Positions 11,490 to 27,449 of a DNA stretch of 64,000 nucleotides are shown here, in pieces. The stretch is from Nemertoderma westbladi (Eukaryota > Animalia > Xenacoelomorpha): NCBI GenBank assembly GCA_032718475.1, contig JAUCBJ010008575.1:1-64000 (forward strand), read 5' to 3'. The notes beneath the pieces are model-generated. The model had not been told where the DNA came from. It made no database searches and saw nothing but the letters and a program-made list of their open reading frames with translations. Within the stretch, counting starts at the first letter, position 1, and the number at the start of each line of letters is the position of its first letter. Made by a program: the position numbers and the translations under genes.

Positions 11490-14400
11490 ACAAATGCTTT
11501 GTATAACAAAACCTACTGACACATGGTTTAGAGAGTGGTGACACCAATGCTTTGTATAACAAAACCTACTGACACATGGTTTAGAGAGTGACACAAATGC
11601 TTTGTATAACAAAACCTACCGACACATGGTTTAGAGAGTGACACAAATGCTTTGTATAACAAAACCTACTGACACATGGTTTAGAGAGTGACACAAATGC
11701 TTTGTATAACAAAACCTACCGACACATGGTTTAGAGAGTGACACAAATGCTTTGTATAACAAAACCTACTGACACATGGTTTAGAGAGTGGTGACACCAA
11801 TGCTTTGTATAACAAAACCTACAGACACATGGTTTAGAGAGTGACACAAATGCTTTGTATAACAAAACCTACTGACACATGGTTTAGAGAGTGGTGACAC
11901 CAATGCTTTGTATAACAAAACCTACTGACACATGGTTTAGAGAGTGACACAAATGCTTTGTATAACAAAACCTACCGACACATGGTTTAGAGAGTGACAC
12001 AAATGCTTTGTATAACAAAACCTACTGACACATGGTTTAGAGAGTGAAACAAATGCTTTGTATAACAAAACCTACCGACACATGGTTTAGAGAGTGACAC
12101 AAATGCTTTGTATAACAAAACCTACAGACACATGGTTTAGAGAGTGGTGACACCAATGCTTTGTATAACAAAACCTACTGACACATGGTTTAGAGAGTGA
12201 TGACACCAATGCTTTGTATAACAAAACCTACTGACACATGGTTTAGAGAGTGACACAAATGCTTTGTATAACAAAACCTACTGACACATGGTTTAGAGAG
12301 TGACACAAATGCTTTGTATAACAAAACCTACAGACACATGGTTTAGAGAGTGATGACACCAATGCTTTGTATAACAAAACCTACTGACACATGGTTTAGA
12401 GAGTGACACAAATGCTTTGTATAACAAAACCTACTGACACATGGTTTAGAGAGTGACACAAATGCTTTGTATAACAAAACCTACTGACACATGGTTTAGA
12501 GAGTGACACAAATGCTTTGTATAACAAAACCTACAGACACATGGTTTAGAGAGTGGTGACACCAATGCTTTGTATAACAAAACCTACTGACACATGGTTT
12601 AGAGAGTGATGACACCAATGCTTTGTATAACAAAACCTACTGACACATGGTTTAGAGAGTGACACAAATGCTTTGTATAACAAAACCTACCGACACATGG
12701 TTTAGAGAGTGACACAAATGCTTTGTATAACAAAACCTACAGACACATGGTTTAGAGAGTGGTGACACCAATGCTTTGTATAACAAAACCTACTGACACA
12801 TGGTTTAGAGAGTGATGACACCAATGCTTTGTATAACAAAACCTACTGACACATGGTTTAGAGAGTGGTGACACCAATGCTTTGTATAACAAAACCTACT
12901 GACACATGGTTTAGAGAGTGATGACACCAATGCTTTGTATAACAAAACCTACTGACACATGGTTTAGAGAGTGACACAAATGCTTTGTATAACAAAACCT
13001 ACTGACACATGGTTTAGAGAGTGACACAAATGCGTTGTCTAACAAAACCTACAGACACATGGTTTAGAGAGTGGTGACACCAATGCTTTGTATAACAAAA
13101 CCTACTGACACATGGTTTAGAGAGTGACACAAATGCTTTGTATAACAAAACCTACTGACACATGGTTTAGAGAGTGACACAAATGCTTTGTATAACAAAA
13201 CCTACTGACACATGGTTTAGAGAGTGACACAAATGCGTTGTATAACAAAACCTACAGACACATGGTTTAGAGAGTGATGACACCAATGCTTTGTATAACA
13301 AAACCTACTGACACATGGTTTAGAGAGTGGTGACACCAATGCTTTGTATAACAAAACCTACTGACACATGGTTTAGAGAGTGATGACACCAATGCTTTGT
13401 ATAACAAAACCTACTGACACATGGTTTAGAGAGTGACACAAATGCTTTGTATAACAAAACCTACTGACACATGGTTTAGAGAGTGACACAAATGCTTTGT
13501 ATAACAAAACCTACTGACACATGGTTTAGAGAGTGATGACACCAATGCTTTGTATAACAAAACCTACTGACACATGGTTTAGAGAGTGACACAAATGCTT
13601 TGTATAACAAAACCTACTGACACATGGTTTAGAGAGTGGTGACACCAATGCTTTGTATAACAAAACCTACTGACACATGGTTTAGAGAGTGATGACACCA
13701 ATGCTTTGTATAACAAAACCTACTGACACATGGTTTAGAGAGTGACACAAATGCTTTGTATAACAAAACCTACTGACACATGGTTTAGAGAGTGACACAA
13801 ATGCTTTGTATAACAAAACCTACTGACACATGGTTTAGAGAGTGACACAAATGCTTTGTATAACAAAACCTACTGACACATGGTTTAGAGAGTGACACAA
13901 ATGCTTTGTATAACAAAACCTACTGACACATGGTTTAGAGAGTGATGACACCAATGCTTTGTATAACAAAACCTACTGACACATGGTTTAGAGAGTGGTG
14001 ACACCAATGCTTTGTATAACAAAACCTACTGACACATGGTTTAGAGAGTGACACAAATGCTTTGTATAACAAAACCTACCGACACATGGTTTAGAGAGTG
14101 ACACAAATGCTTTGTATAACAAAACCTACTGACACATGGTTTAGAGAGTGACACAAATGCTTTGTATAACAAAACCTACCGACACATGGTTTAGAGAGTG
14201 ACACAAATGCTTTGTATAACAAAACCTACTGACACATGGTTTAGAGAGTGGTGACACCAATGCTTTGTATAACAAAACCTACAGACACATGGTTTAGAGA
14301 GTGACACAAATGCTTTGTATAACAAAACCTACTGACACATGGTTTAGAGAGTGGTGACACCAATGCTTTGTATAACAAAACCTACTGACACATGGTTTAG

Positions 14401-16200
14401 AGAGTGACACAAATGCTTTGTATAACAAAACCTACCGACACATGGTTTAGAGAGTGACACAAATGCTTTGTATAACAAAACCTACTGACACATGGTTTAG
14501 AGAGTGACACAAATGCTTTGTATAACAAAACCTACCGACACATGGTTTAGAGAGTGACACAAATGCTTTGTATAACAAAACCTACTGACACATGGTTTAG
14601 AGAGTGGTGACACCAATGCTTTGTATAACAAAACCTACTGACACATGGTTTAGAGAGTGATGACACCAATGCTTTGTATAACAAAACCTACTGACACATG
14701 GTTTAGAGAGTGACACAAATGCTTTGTATAACAAAACCTACTGACACATGGTTTAGAGAGTGACACAAATGCTTTGTATAACAAAACCTACTGACACATG
14801 GTTTAGAGAGTGATGACACCAATGCTTTGTATAACAAAACCTACTGACACATGGTTTAGAGAGTGACACAAATGCTTTGTATAACAAAACCTACTGACAC
14901 ATGGTTTAGAGAGTGACACAAATGCTTTGTATAACAAAACCTACTGACACATGGTTTAGAGAGTGACACAAATGCTTTGTATAACAAAACCTACAGACAC
15001 ATGGTTTAGAGAGTGGTGACACCAATGCTTTGTATAACAAAACCTACTGACACATGGTTTAGAGAGTGATGACACCAATGCTTTGTATAACAAAACCTAC
15101 TGACACATGGTTTAGAGAGTGACACAAATGCTTTGTATAACAAAACCTACTGACACATGGTTTAGAGAGTGACACAAATGCTTTGTATAACAAAACCTAC
15201 TGACACATGGTTTAGAGAGTGGTGACACCAATGCTTTGTATAACAAAACCTACTGACACATGGTTTAGAGAGTGATGACACCAATGCTTTGTATAACAAA
15301 ACCTACTGACACATGGTTTAGAGAGTGGTGACACCAATGCTTTGTATAACAAAACCTACTGACACATGGTTTAGAGAGTGATGACACCAATGCTTTGTAT
15401 AACAAAACCTACTGACACATGGTTTAGAGAGTGACACAAATGCTTTGTATAACAAAACCTACTGACACATGGTTTAGAGAGTGACACAAATGCTTTGTCT
15501 AACAAAACCTACAGACACATGGTTTAGAGAGTGGTGACACCAATGCTTTGTATAACAAAACCTACTGACACATGGTTTAGAGAGTGACACAAATGCTTTG
15601 TATAACAAAACCTACTGACACATGGTTTAGAGAGTGACACAAATGCTTTGTATAACAAAACCTACTGACACATGGTTTAGAGAGTGACACAAATGCTTTG
15701 TATAACAAAACCTACAGACACATGGTTTAGAGAGTGATGACACCAATGCTTTGTATAACAAAACCTACTGACACATGGTTTAGAGAGTGGTGACACCAAT
15801 GCTTTGTATAACAAAACCTACTGACACATGGTTTAGAGAGTGATGACACCAATGCTTTGTATAACAAAACCTACTGACACATGGTTTAGAGAGTGACACA
15901 AATGCTTTGTATAACAAAACCTACTGACACATGGTTTAGAGAGTGACACAAATGCTTTGTATAACAAAACCTACTGACACATGGTTTAGAGAGTGATGAC
16001 ACCAATGCTTTGTATAACAAAACCTACTGACACATGGTTTAGAGAGTGACACAAATGCTTTGTATAACAAAACCTACTGACACATGGTTTAGAGAGTGGT
16101 GACACCAATGCTTTGTATAACAAAACCTACTGACACATGGTTTAGAGAGTGATGACACCAATGCTTTGTATAACAAAACCTACTGACACATGGTTTAGAG
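11490..16200. repeat. Imperfect tandem duplication within the satellite, period 2460 bp
   Basis: Same order of 50/53-mers at offset 2460 (e.g. 11581 vs 14041). The rare TTGTCTAAC variant occurs at ~13036 and ~15496. Confidence 0.85.
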
Positions 16201-16895
16201 AGTGACACAAATGCTTTGTATAACAAAACCTACTGACACATGGTTTAGAGAGGTGACACCAATGCTTTGTATAACAAAACCTACTGACACATGGTTTAGA
16301 GAGTGACACCAATGCTTTGTATAACAAAACCTACTGACACATGGTTTAGAGAGTGACACCAATGCTTTGTATAACAAAACCTACTGACACATGGTTTAGA
16401 GAGTGTGACACCAATGCTTTGTATAACAAAACCTACTGACACATGGTTTAGAGAGTGACACCAATGCTTTGTATAACAAAACCTACTGACACATGGTTTA
16501 GAGAGTGACACAAATGCTTTGTATAACAAAACCTACTGACACATGGTTTAGAGAGTGACACAAATGCTTTGTATAACAAAACCTACTGACACATGGTTTA
16601 GAGAGTGACACAAATGCTTTGTATAACAAAACCTACTGACACATGGTTTAGAGAGTGATGACACCAATGCTTTGTATAACAAAACCTACTGACACATGGT
16701 TTAGAGAGTGACACCAATGCTTTGTATAACAAAACCTACTGACACATGGTTTAGAGAGTGTGACACCAATGCTTTGTATAACAAAACCTACTGACACATG
16801 GTTTAGAGAGTGATGACACCAATGCTTTGTATAACAAAACCTACTGACACATGGTTTAGAGAGTGACACAAATGCTTTGTATAACAAAACCTACC

Positions 16896-19800
16896 GACAC
16901 ATGGTTTAGAGAGTGACACAAATGCTTTGTATAACAAAACCTACTGACACATGGTTTAGAGAGTGACACAAATGCTTTGTATAACAAAACCTACCGACAC
17001 ATGGTTTAGAGAGTGACACAAATGCTTTGTATAACAAAACCTACTGACACATGGTTTAGAGAGTGATGACACCAATGCTTTGTATAACAAAACCTACTGA
17101 CACATGGTTTAGAGAGTGGTGACACCAATGCTTTGTATAACAAAACCTACTGACACATGGTTTAGAGAGTGAAACAAATGCTTTGTATAACAAAACCTAC
17201 TGACACATGGTTTAGAGAGTGGTGACACCAATGCTTTGTATAACAAAACCTACTGACACATGGTTTAGAGAGTGAAACAAATGCTTTGTATAACAAAACC
17301 TACTGACACATGGTTTAGAGAGTCACACAAATGCTTTGTATAACAAAACCTACTGACACATGGTTTAGAGAGTGATGACACCAATGCTTTGTATAACAAA
17401 ACCTACTGACACATGGTTTAGAGAGTGGTGACACCAATGCTTTGTATAACAAAACCTACTGACACATGGTTTAGAGAGTGACACAAATGCTTTGTATAAC
17501 AAACCCTACTGACACATGGTTTAGAGAGTGACACAAATGCGTTGTATAACAAAACCTACTGACACATGGTTTAGAGAGTGACACAAATGCGTTGTATAAC
17601 AAAACCTACTGACACATAAATTAGGGAAAGGTCACACAAATGCGTTGTATAACAAAACCTACTGACACATGGTTTAGAGAGTGACACAAATGCTTTGTAT
17701 AGCAAAACCTACAGACACATGGTTTAGAGAGTGATGACACCAATGCTTTGTATAACAAAACCTACTGACACATGGTTTAGAGAGTGACACCAATGCTTTG
17801 TATAACAAAACCTACTGACACATGGTTTAGAGAGTGACACAAATGCTTTGTATAACAAAACCTACTGACACATGGTTTAGAGAGTGATGACACCAATGCT
17901 TTGTATAACAAAACCTACTGACACATGGTTTAGAGAGTGACACAAATGCTTTGTATAACAAAACCTACTGACACATGGTTTAGAGAGTGGTGACACCAAT
18001 GCTTTGTATAACAAAACCTACTGACACATGGTTTAGAGAGTGACACAAATGCTTTGTATAACAAAACCTACTGACACATGGTTTAGAGAGTGGTGACACC
18101 AATGCTTTGTATAACAAAACCTACAGACACATGGTTTAGAGAGTGATGACTCCAATGCTTTGTATAACAAAACCTACTGACACATGGTTTAGAGAGTGAC
18201 ACAAATGCTTTGTATAACAAAACCTACTGACACATGGTTTAGAGAGTGACACAAATGCGTTGTATAACAAAACCTACAGACACATGGTTTAGAGAGTGAC
18301 ACAAATGCTTTGTATAACAAAACCTACAGACACATGGTTTAGAGAGTGACACAAATGCTTTGAATAACAAAACCTACAGACACATGGTTTAGAGAGTGAC
18401 ACAAATGCTTTGTATAACAAAACCTACAGACACATGGTTTAGAGAGTGATGACACCAATGCTTTGTATAACAAACCCTACTGACACATGGTTTAGAGAGT
18501 GGTGACACCAATGCTTTGTATAACAAAACCTACTGACACATGGTTTAGAGAGTGACACAAATGCTTTGTATAACAAAACCTACTGACACATGATTTAGAG
18601 AGTGACACAAATGCTTTGTATAACAAAACCTACTGACACATGGTTTAGAGAGTGGTGACACCAATGCTTTGTATAACAAAACCTACTGACACATGGTTTA
18701 GAGAGTGATGACACCAATGCTTTGTATAACAAAACCTACTGACACATGGTTTAGAGAGTGACACAAATGCTTTGTATAACAAAACCTACTGACACATGGT
18801 TTAGAGAGTGACACAAATGCTTTGTATAACAAAACCTACTGACACATGGTTTAGAGAGTGACACAAATGCTTTGTATAACAAAACCTACAGACACATGGT
18901 TTAGAGAGTGACACAAATGCTTTGTATAACAAAACCTACTGACACATGGTTTAGAGAGTGACACAAATGCTTTGTATAACAAAACCTACTGACACATGGT
19001 TTAGAGAGTGACACCAATGCTTTGTATAACAAAACCTACTGACACATGGTTTAGAGAGTGATGACACCAATGCTTTGTATAACAAAACCTACTGACACAT
19101 GGTTTAGAGAGTGACACAAATGCGTTGTATAACAAAACCTACAGACACATGGTTTAGAGAGTGACACAAATGCTTTGTATAACAAAACCTACAGACACAT
19201 GGTTTAGAGAGTGATGACACCAATGCTTTGTATAACAAAACCTACTGACACATGGTTTAGAGAGTGACACAAATGCGTTGTATAACAAAACCTACAGACA
19301 CATGGTTTAGAGAGTGACACAAATGCTTTGTATAACAAAACCTACAGACACATGGTTTAGAGAGTGATGACACCAATGCTTTGTATAACAAAACCTACTG
19401 ACACATGGTTTAGAGAGTGACACAAATGCTTTGTATAACAAAACCTACTGACACATGGTTTAGAGAGTGACACAAATGCGTTGTATAACAAAACCTACAG
19501 ACACATGGTTTAGAGAGTGACACAAATGCTTTGTATAACAAAACCTACAGACACATGGTTTAGAGAGTGACACAAATGCTTTGTATAACAAAACCTACAG
19601 ACACATGGTTTAGAGAGTGACACAAATGCTTTGTATAACAAAACCTACTGACACATGGTTTAGAGAGTGACACAAATGCTTTGTATAACAAAACCTACCG
19701 ACACATGGTTTAGAGAGTGACACAAATGCTTTGTATAACAAAACCTACTGACACATGGTTTAGAGAGTGATGACACCAATGCTTTGTATAACAAAACCTA

Positions 19801-22402
19801 CTGACACATGGTTTAGAGAGTGGTGACACCAATGCTTTGTATAACAAAACCTACTGACACATGGTTTAGAGAGTGAAACAAATGCTTTGTATAACAAAAC
19901 CTACTGACACATGGTTTAGAGAGTGGTGACACCAATGCTTTGTATAACAAAACCTACTGACACATGGTTTAGAGAGTGAAACAAATGCTTTGTATAACAA
20001 AACCTACTGACACATGGTTTAGAGAGTCACACAAATGCTTTGTATAACAAAACCTACTGACACATGGTTTAGAGAGTGATGACACCAATGCTTTGTATAA
20101 CAAAACCTACTGACACATGGTTTAGAGAGTGGTGACACCAATGCTTTGTATAACAAAACCTACTGACACATGGTTTAGAGAGTGACACAAATGCTTTGTA
20201 TAACAAACCCTACTGACACATGGTTTAGAGAGTGACACAAATGCGTTGTATAACAAAACCTACTGACACATGGTTTAGAGAGTGACACAAATGCGTTGTA
20301 TAACAAAACCTACTGACACATAAATTAGGGAAAGGTCACACAAATGCGTTGTATAACAAAACCTACTGACACATGGTTTAGAGAGTGACACAAATGCTTT
20401 GTATAGCAAAACCTACAGACACATGGTTTAGAGAGTGATGACACCAATGCTTTGTATAACAAAACCTACTGACACATGGTTTAGAGAGTGACACCAATGC
20501 TTTGTATAACAAAACCTACTGACACATGGTTTAGAGAGTGACACAAATGCTTTGTATAACAAAACCTACTGACACATGGTTTAGAGAGTGATGACACCAA
20601 TGCTTTGTATAACAAAACCTACTGACACATGGTTTAGAGAGTGACACAAATGCTTTGTATAACAAAACCTACTGACACATGGTTTAGAGAGTGGTGACAC
20701 CAATGCTTTGTATAACAAAACCTACTGACACATGGTTTAGAGAGTGACACAAATGCTTTGTATAACAAAACCTACTGACACATGGTTTAGAGAGTGGTGA
20801 CACCAATGCTTTGTATAACAAAACCTACAGACACATGGTTTAGAGAGTGATGACTCCAATGCTTTGTATAACAAAACCTACTGACACATGGTTTAGAGAG
20901 TGACACAAATGCTTTGTATAACAAAACCTACTGACACATGGTTTAGAGAGTGACACAAATGCGTTGTATAACAAAACCTACAGACACATGGTTTAGAGAG
21001 TGACACAAATGCTTTGTATAACAAAACCTACAGACACATGGTTTAGAGAGTGACACAAATGCTTTGAATAACAAAACCTACAGACACATGGTTTAGAGAG
21101 TGACACAAATGCTTTGTATAACAAAACCTACAGACACATGGTTTAGAGAGTGATGACACCAATGCTTTGTATAACAAACCCTACTGACACATGGTTTAGA
21201 GAGTGGTGACACCAATGCTTTGTATAACAAAACCTACTGACACATGGTTTAGAGAGTGACACAAATGCTTTGTATAACAAAACCTACTGACACATGATTT
21301 AGAGAGTGACACAAATGCTTTGTATAACAAAACCTACTGACACATGGTTTAGAGAGTGGTGACACCAATGCTTTGTATAACAAAACCTACTGACACATGG
21401 TTTAGAGAGTGATGACACCAATGCTTTGTATAACAAAACCTACTGACACATGGTTTAGAGAGTGACACAAATGCTTTGTATAACAAAACCTACTGACACA
21501 TGGTTTAGAGAGTGACACAAATGCTTTGTATAACAAAACCTACTGACACATGGTTTAGAGAGTGACACAAATGCTTTGTATAACAAAACCTACAGACACA
21601 TGGTTTAGAGAGTGACACAAATGCTTTGTATAACAAAACCTACTGACACATGGTTTAGAGAGTGACACAAATGCTTTGTATAACAAAACCTACTGACACA
21701 TGGTTTAGAGAGTGACACCAATGCTTTGTATAACAAAACCTACTGACACATGGTTTAGAGAGTGATGACACCAATGCTTTGTATAACAAAACCTACTGAC
21801 ACATGGTTTAGAGAGTGACACAAATGCGTTGTATAACAAAACCTACAGACACATGGTTTAGAGAGTGACACAAATGCTTTGTATAACAAAACCTACAGAC
21901 ACATGGTTTAGAGAGTGATGACACCAATGCTTTGTATAACAAAACCTACTGACACATGGTTTAGAGAGTGACACAAATGCGTTGTATAACAAAACCTACA
22001 GACACATGGTTTAGAGAGTGACACAAATGCTTTGTATAACAAAACCTACAGACACATGGTTTAGAGAGTGATGACACCAATGCTTTGTATAACAAAACCT
22101 ACTGACACATGGTTTAGAGAGTGACACAAATGCTTTGTATAACAAAACCTACTGACACATGGTTTAGAGAGTGACACAAATGCGTTGTATAACAAAACCT
22201 ACAGACACATGGTTTAGAGAGTGACACAAATGCTTTGTATAACAAAACCTACAGACACATGGTTTAGAGAGTGACACAAATGCTTTGTATAACAAAACCT
22301 ACAGACACATGGTTTAGAGAGTGACACAAATGCTTTGTATAACAAAACCTACTGACACATGGTTTAGAGAGTGACACAAATGCTTTGTATAACAAAACCT
22401 AC
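16896..22402. repeat. Near-perfect tandem duplication within the satellite, period 2704 bp
   Basis: Markers at a constant offset of 2704: TACCGA 16995/19699, TAAATTAGGGAAAGG 17617/20321, TATAGCAAAA 17701/20405, GACTCC 18148/20852, TTGAATAAC ~18362/21066. Confidence 0.92.
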
Positions 22403-25400
22403 TGACACATGGTTTAGAGAGTGACACAAATGCTTTGTATAACAAAACCTACAGACACATGGTTTAGAGAGTGACACAAATGCTTTGTATAACAAAACCT
22501 ACTGACACATGGTTTAGAGAGTGACACAAATGCGTTGTATAACAAAACCTACAGACACATGGTTTAGAGAGTGACACAAATGCTTTGTATAACAAAACCT
22601 ACAGACACATGGTTTAGAGAGTGACACAAATGCTTTGTATAACAAAACCTACAGACACATGGTTTAGAGAGTGACACAAATGCTTTGTATAACAAAACCT
22701 ACTGACACATGGTTTAGAGAGTGACACAAATGCTTTGTATAACAAAACCTACAGACACAGGGTTTAGAGAGTGGTGACACCAATGCTTTGTATAACAAAA
22801 CCTACTGACACATGGTTTAGAGAGTGACACAAATGCGTTGTATAACAAAACCTACAGACACATGGTTTAGAGAGTGACACAAATGCTTTGTATAACAAAA
22901 CCTACAGACACATGGTTTAGAGAGTGACACAAATGCTTTGTATAACAAAACCTACAGACACATGGTTTAGAGAGTGACACAAATGCTTTGTATAACAAAA
23001 CCTACTGACACATGGTTTAGAGAGTGACACAAATGCGTTGTATAACAAAACCTACAGACACATGGTTTAGAGAGTGACACAAATGCTTTGTATAACAAAA
23101 CCTACAGACACATGGTTTAGAGAGTGACACAAATGCTTTGTATACCAAAACCTACAGACACATGGTTTAGAGAGTGGTGACACCAATGCTTTGTATAACA
23201 AAACCTACTGACACATGGTTTAGAGAGTGACACAAATGCGTTGTATAACAAAACCTACAGACACATGGTTTAGAGAGTGACACAAATGCTTTGTATAACA
23301 AAACCTACAGACACATGGTTTAGAGAGTGACACAAATGCTTTGTATAACAAAACCTACAGACACATGGTTTAGAGAGTGACACAAATGCTTTGTATACCA
23401 AAACCTACTGACACATGGTTTAGAGAGTGACACCAATGCTTTGTATAACAAAACCTACTGACACATGGTTTAGAGAGTGATGACACCAATGCTTTGTATA
23501 ACAAAACCTACTGACACATGGTTTAGAGAGTGACACAAATGCGTTGTATAACAAAACCTACAGACACATGGTTTAGAGAGTGACACAAATGCTTTGTATA
23601 ACAAAACCTACAGACACATGGTTTAGAGAGTGATGACACCAATGCTTTGTATAACAAAACCTACTGACACATGGTTTAGAGAGTGACACAAATGCGTTGT
23701 ATAACAAAACCTACAGACACATGGTTTAGAGAGTGACACAAATGCTTTGTATAACAAAACCTACAGACACATGGTTTAGAGAGTGACACAAATGCTTTGT
23801 ATAACAAAACCTACAGACACATGGTTTAGAGAGTGACACAAATGCTTTGTATAACAAAACCTACTGACACATGGTTTAGAGAGTGACACAAATGCTTTGT
23901 ATAACAAAACCTACAGACACATGGTTTAGAGAGTGGTGACACCAATGCTTTGTATAACAAAACCTACAGACACATGGTTTAGAGAGTGACACAAATGCTT
24001 TGTATAACAAAACCTACAAACACATGGTTTAGAGAGTGACACAAATGCTTTGTATAACAAAACCTACTGACACATGGTTTAGAGAGTGACACAAATGCTT
24101 TGTATAACAAAACCTACAGACACATGGTTTAGAGAGTGACACAAATGCTTTGTATAACAAAACCTACAGACACATGGTTTAGAGAGTGACACAAATGCTT
24201 TGTATAACAAAACCTACTGACACATGGTTTAGAGAGTGACACAAATGCGTTGTATAACAAAACCTACAGACACATGGTTTAGAGAGTGACACAAATGCTT
24301 TGTATAACAAAACCTACAGACACATGGTTTAGAGAGTGACACAAATGCTTTGTATAACAAAACCTACTGACACATGGTTTAGAGAGTGACACAAATGCTT
24401 TGTATAACAAAACCTACAGACACATGGTTTAGAGAGTGACACAAATGCTTTGTATAACAAAACCTACTGACACATGGTTTAGAGAGTGACACAAATGCGT
24501 TGTATAACAAAACCTACAGACACATGGTTTAGAGAGTGACACAAATGCTTTGTATAACAAAACCTACAGACACATGGTTTAGAGAGTGACACAAATGCTT
24601 TGTATAACAAAACCTACAGACACATGGTTTAGAGAGTGACACAAATGCTTTGTATAACAAAACCTACTGACACATGGTTTAGAGAGTGACACAAATGCGT
24701 TGTATAACAAAACCTACAGACACATGGTTTAGAGAGTGATGACACCAATGCTTTGTATAACAAAACCTACTGACACATGATTTAGAGAGTGACACAAATG
24801 CGTTGTATAACAAAACCTACAGACACATGGTTTAGAGAGTGACACAAATGCTTTGTATAACAAAACCTACAGACACATGGTTTAGAGAGTGACACAAATG
24901 CTTTGTATAACAAAACCTACTGACACATGATTTAGAGAGTGACACAAATGCGTTGTATAACAAAACCTACAGACACATGGTTTAGAGAGTGACACAAATG
25001 CTTTGTATAACAAAACCTACAGACACATGGTTTAGAGATTGGTGACACCAATGCTTTGTATAACAAAACCTACTGACACATGGTTTAGAGAGTGAAACAA
25101 ATGCGTTGTATAACAAAACCTACTGACACATGGTTTAGAGAGTGACACAAATGCTTTGTATAACAAAACCTACAGACACATGGTTTAGAGAGTGGTGACA
25201 CCAATGCTTTGTATAACAAAACCTACTGACACATGGTTTAGAGAGTGACACAAATGCGTTGTATAACAAAACCTACTGACACATGGTTTAGAGAGTGACA
25301 CAAATGCGTTGTATAACAAAACCTACTGACACATGGTTTAGAGAGTGACACAAATGCGTTGTATAACAAAACCTACTGACACATGGTTTAGAGAGTGACA

Positions 25401-27449
25401 CAAATGCTTTGTATAACAAAACCTACAGACACATGGTTTAGAGAGTGACACAAATGCTTTGTATAACAAAACCTACAGACACATGGTTTAGAGAGTGACA
25501 AAAATGCTTTGTATAACAAAACCTACAGACACATGGTTTAGAGAGTGATGACACCAATGCTTTGTATAACAAAACCTACTGACACATGGTTTAGAGAGTG
25601 ATGACACCAATGCTTTGTATAACAAAACCTACAGACACATGGTTTAGAGAGTGACACAAATGCTTTGTATAACAAAACCTACTGACACATGGTTTAGAGA
25701 GTGATGACACCAATGCTTTGTATAACAAAACCTACTGACACATGGTTTAGAGAGTGATGACACCAATGCTTTGTATAACAAAACCTACAGACACATGGTT
25801 TAGAGAGTGACACCAATGCTTTGTATAACAAAACCTACTGACACATGGTTTAGAGAGTGACACAAATGCTTTGTATAACAAAACCTACTGACACATAATT
25901 TAGAGAGAGGTCACACAAATGCGTTGTATAACAAAACCTACTGACACATGGTTTAGAGAGTGACACAAATGCTTTGTATAACAAAACCTACTGACACATG
26001 GTTTAGAGAGTGACACAAATGCTTTGTATAACAAAACTTACAGACACATGGTTTAGAGAGTGACACAAATGCTTTGTATAACAAAACCTACTGACACATA
26101 ATTTAGAGAGAGGTCACACAAATGCGTTGTATAACAAAACCTACTGACACATGGTTTAGAGAGTGACACAAATGCTTTGTATAACAAAACCTACAGACAC
26201 ATGGTTTAGAGAGTGACACAAATGCTTTGTATAACAAAACCTACTGACACATAATTTAGAGAGAGGTCACACAAATGCGTTGTATAACAAAACCTACTGA
26301 CACATGGTTTAGAGAGTGACACAAATGCTTTGTATAACAAAACCTACTGACACATGGTTTAGAGAGTGACACAAATGCTTTGTATAACAAAACCTACAGA
26401 CACATGGTTTAGAGAGTGACACAAATGCTTTGTATAACAAAACCTACTGACACATGGTTTAGAGAGTGACACAAATGCTTTGTATAACAAAACCTACTGA
26501 CACATGGTTTAGAGAGTGACACAAATGCTTTGTATAACAAAACCTACAGACACATGGTTTAGAGAGTGACACAAATGCTTTGTATAACAAAACCTACAGA
26601 CACATGGTTTAGAGAGTGACACAAATGCTTTGTATAACAAAACCTACAGACACATGGTTTAGAGAGTGACACAAATGCTTTGTATAACAAAACCTACTGA
26701 CACATAATTTAGAGAGAGGTCACACAAATGCGTTGTATAACAAAACCTACTGACACATGGTTTAGAGAGTGACACAAATGCTTTGTATAACAAAACCTAC
26801 AGACACATGGTTTAGAGAGTGACACAAATGCTTTGTATAACAAAACCTACAGACACATGGTTTAGAGAGTGACACAAATGCTTTGTATAACAAAACCTAC
26901 TGACACATGGTTTAGAGAGTGGTGACACCAATGCTTTGTATAACAAAACCTACTCACACATGGTTTAGAGAGTGACACAAATGCTTTGTATAACAAAACC
27001 TACTGACACATGGTTTAGAGAGTGACACCAATGCTTTGTATAACAAAACCTACTGACACATGGTTTAGAGAGTGACACAAATGCTTTGTATAACAAAACC
27101 TACTGACACATGGTTTAGAGAGTGACACAAATGCTTTGTATAACAAAACCTACTGACACATGGTTTAGAGAGTGACACAAATGCTTTGTATAACAAAACC
27201 ACTGACACATGGTTTAGATAGTGACACAAATGCTTTGTATAACAAAACCTACAGACACATGGTTTAGAGAGTGACACAAATGCTTTGTATAACAAAACCT
27301 ACAGACACATGTTTTAGAGAGTGACACAAATGCTTTGTATAACAAAACCTACTGACACATAATTTAGAGAGAGGTCACACAAATGCGTTGTATAACAAAA
27401 CCTACTGACACATGGTTTAGAGAGTGACACAAATGCTTTGTATAACAAA

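Noticed and set aside
17615-17635. TTAGGG in the divergent monomer and GGTTTAG in the consensus as telomeric repeats
   Set aside because: Single hexamers, never tandem; insufficient to call telomeric origin.
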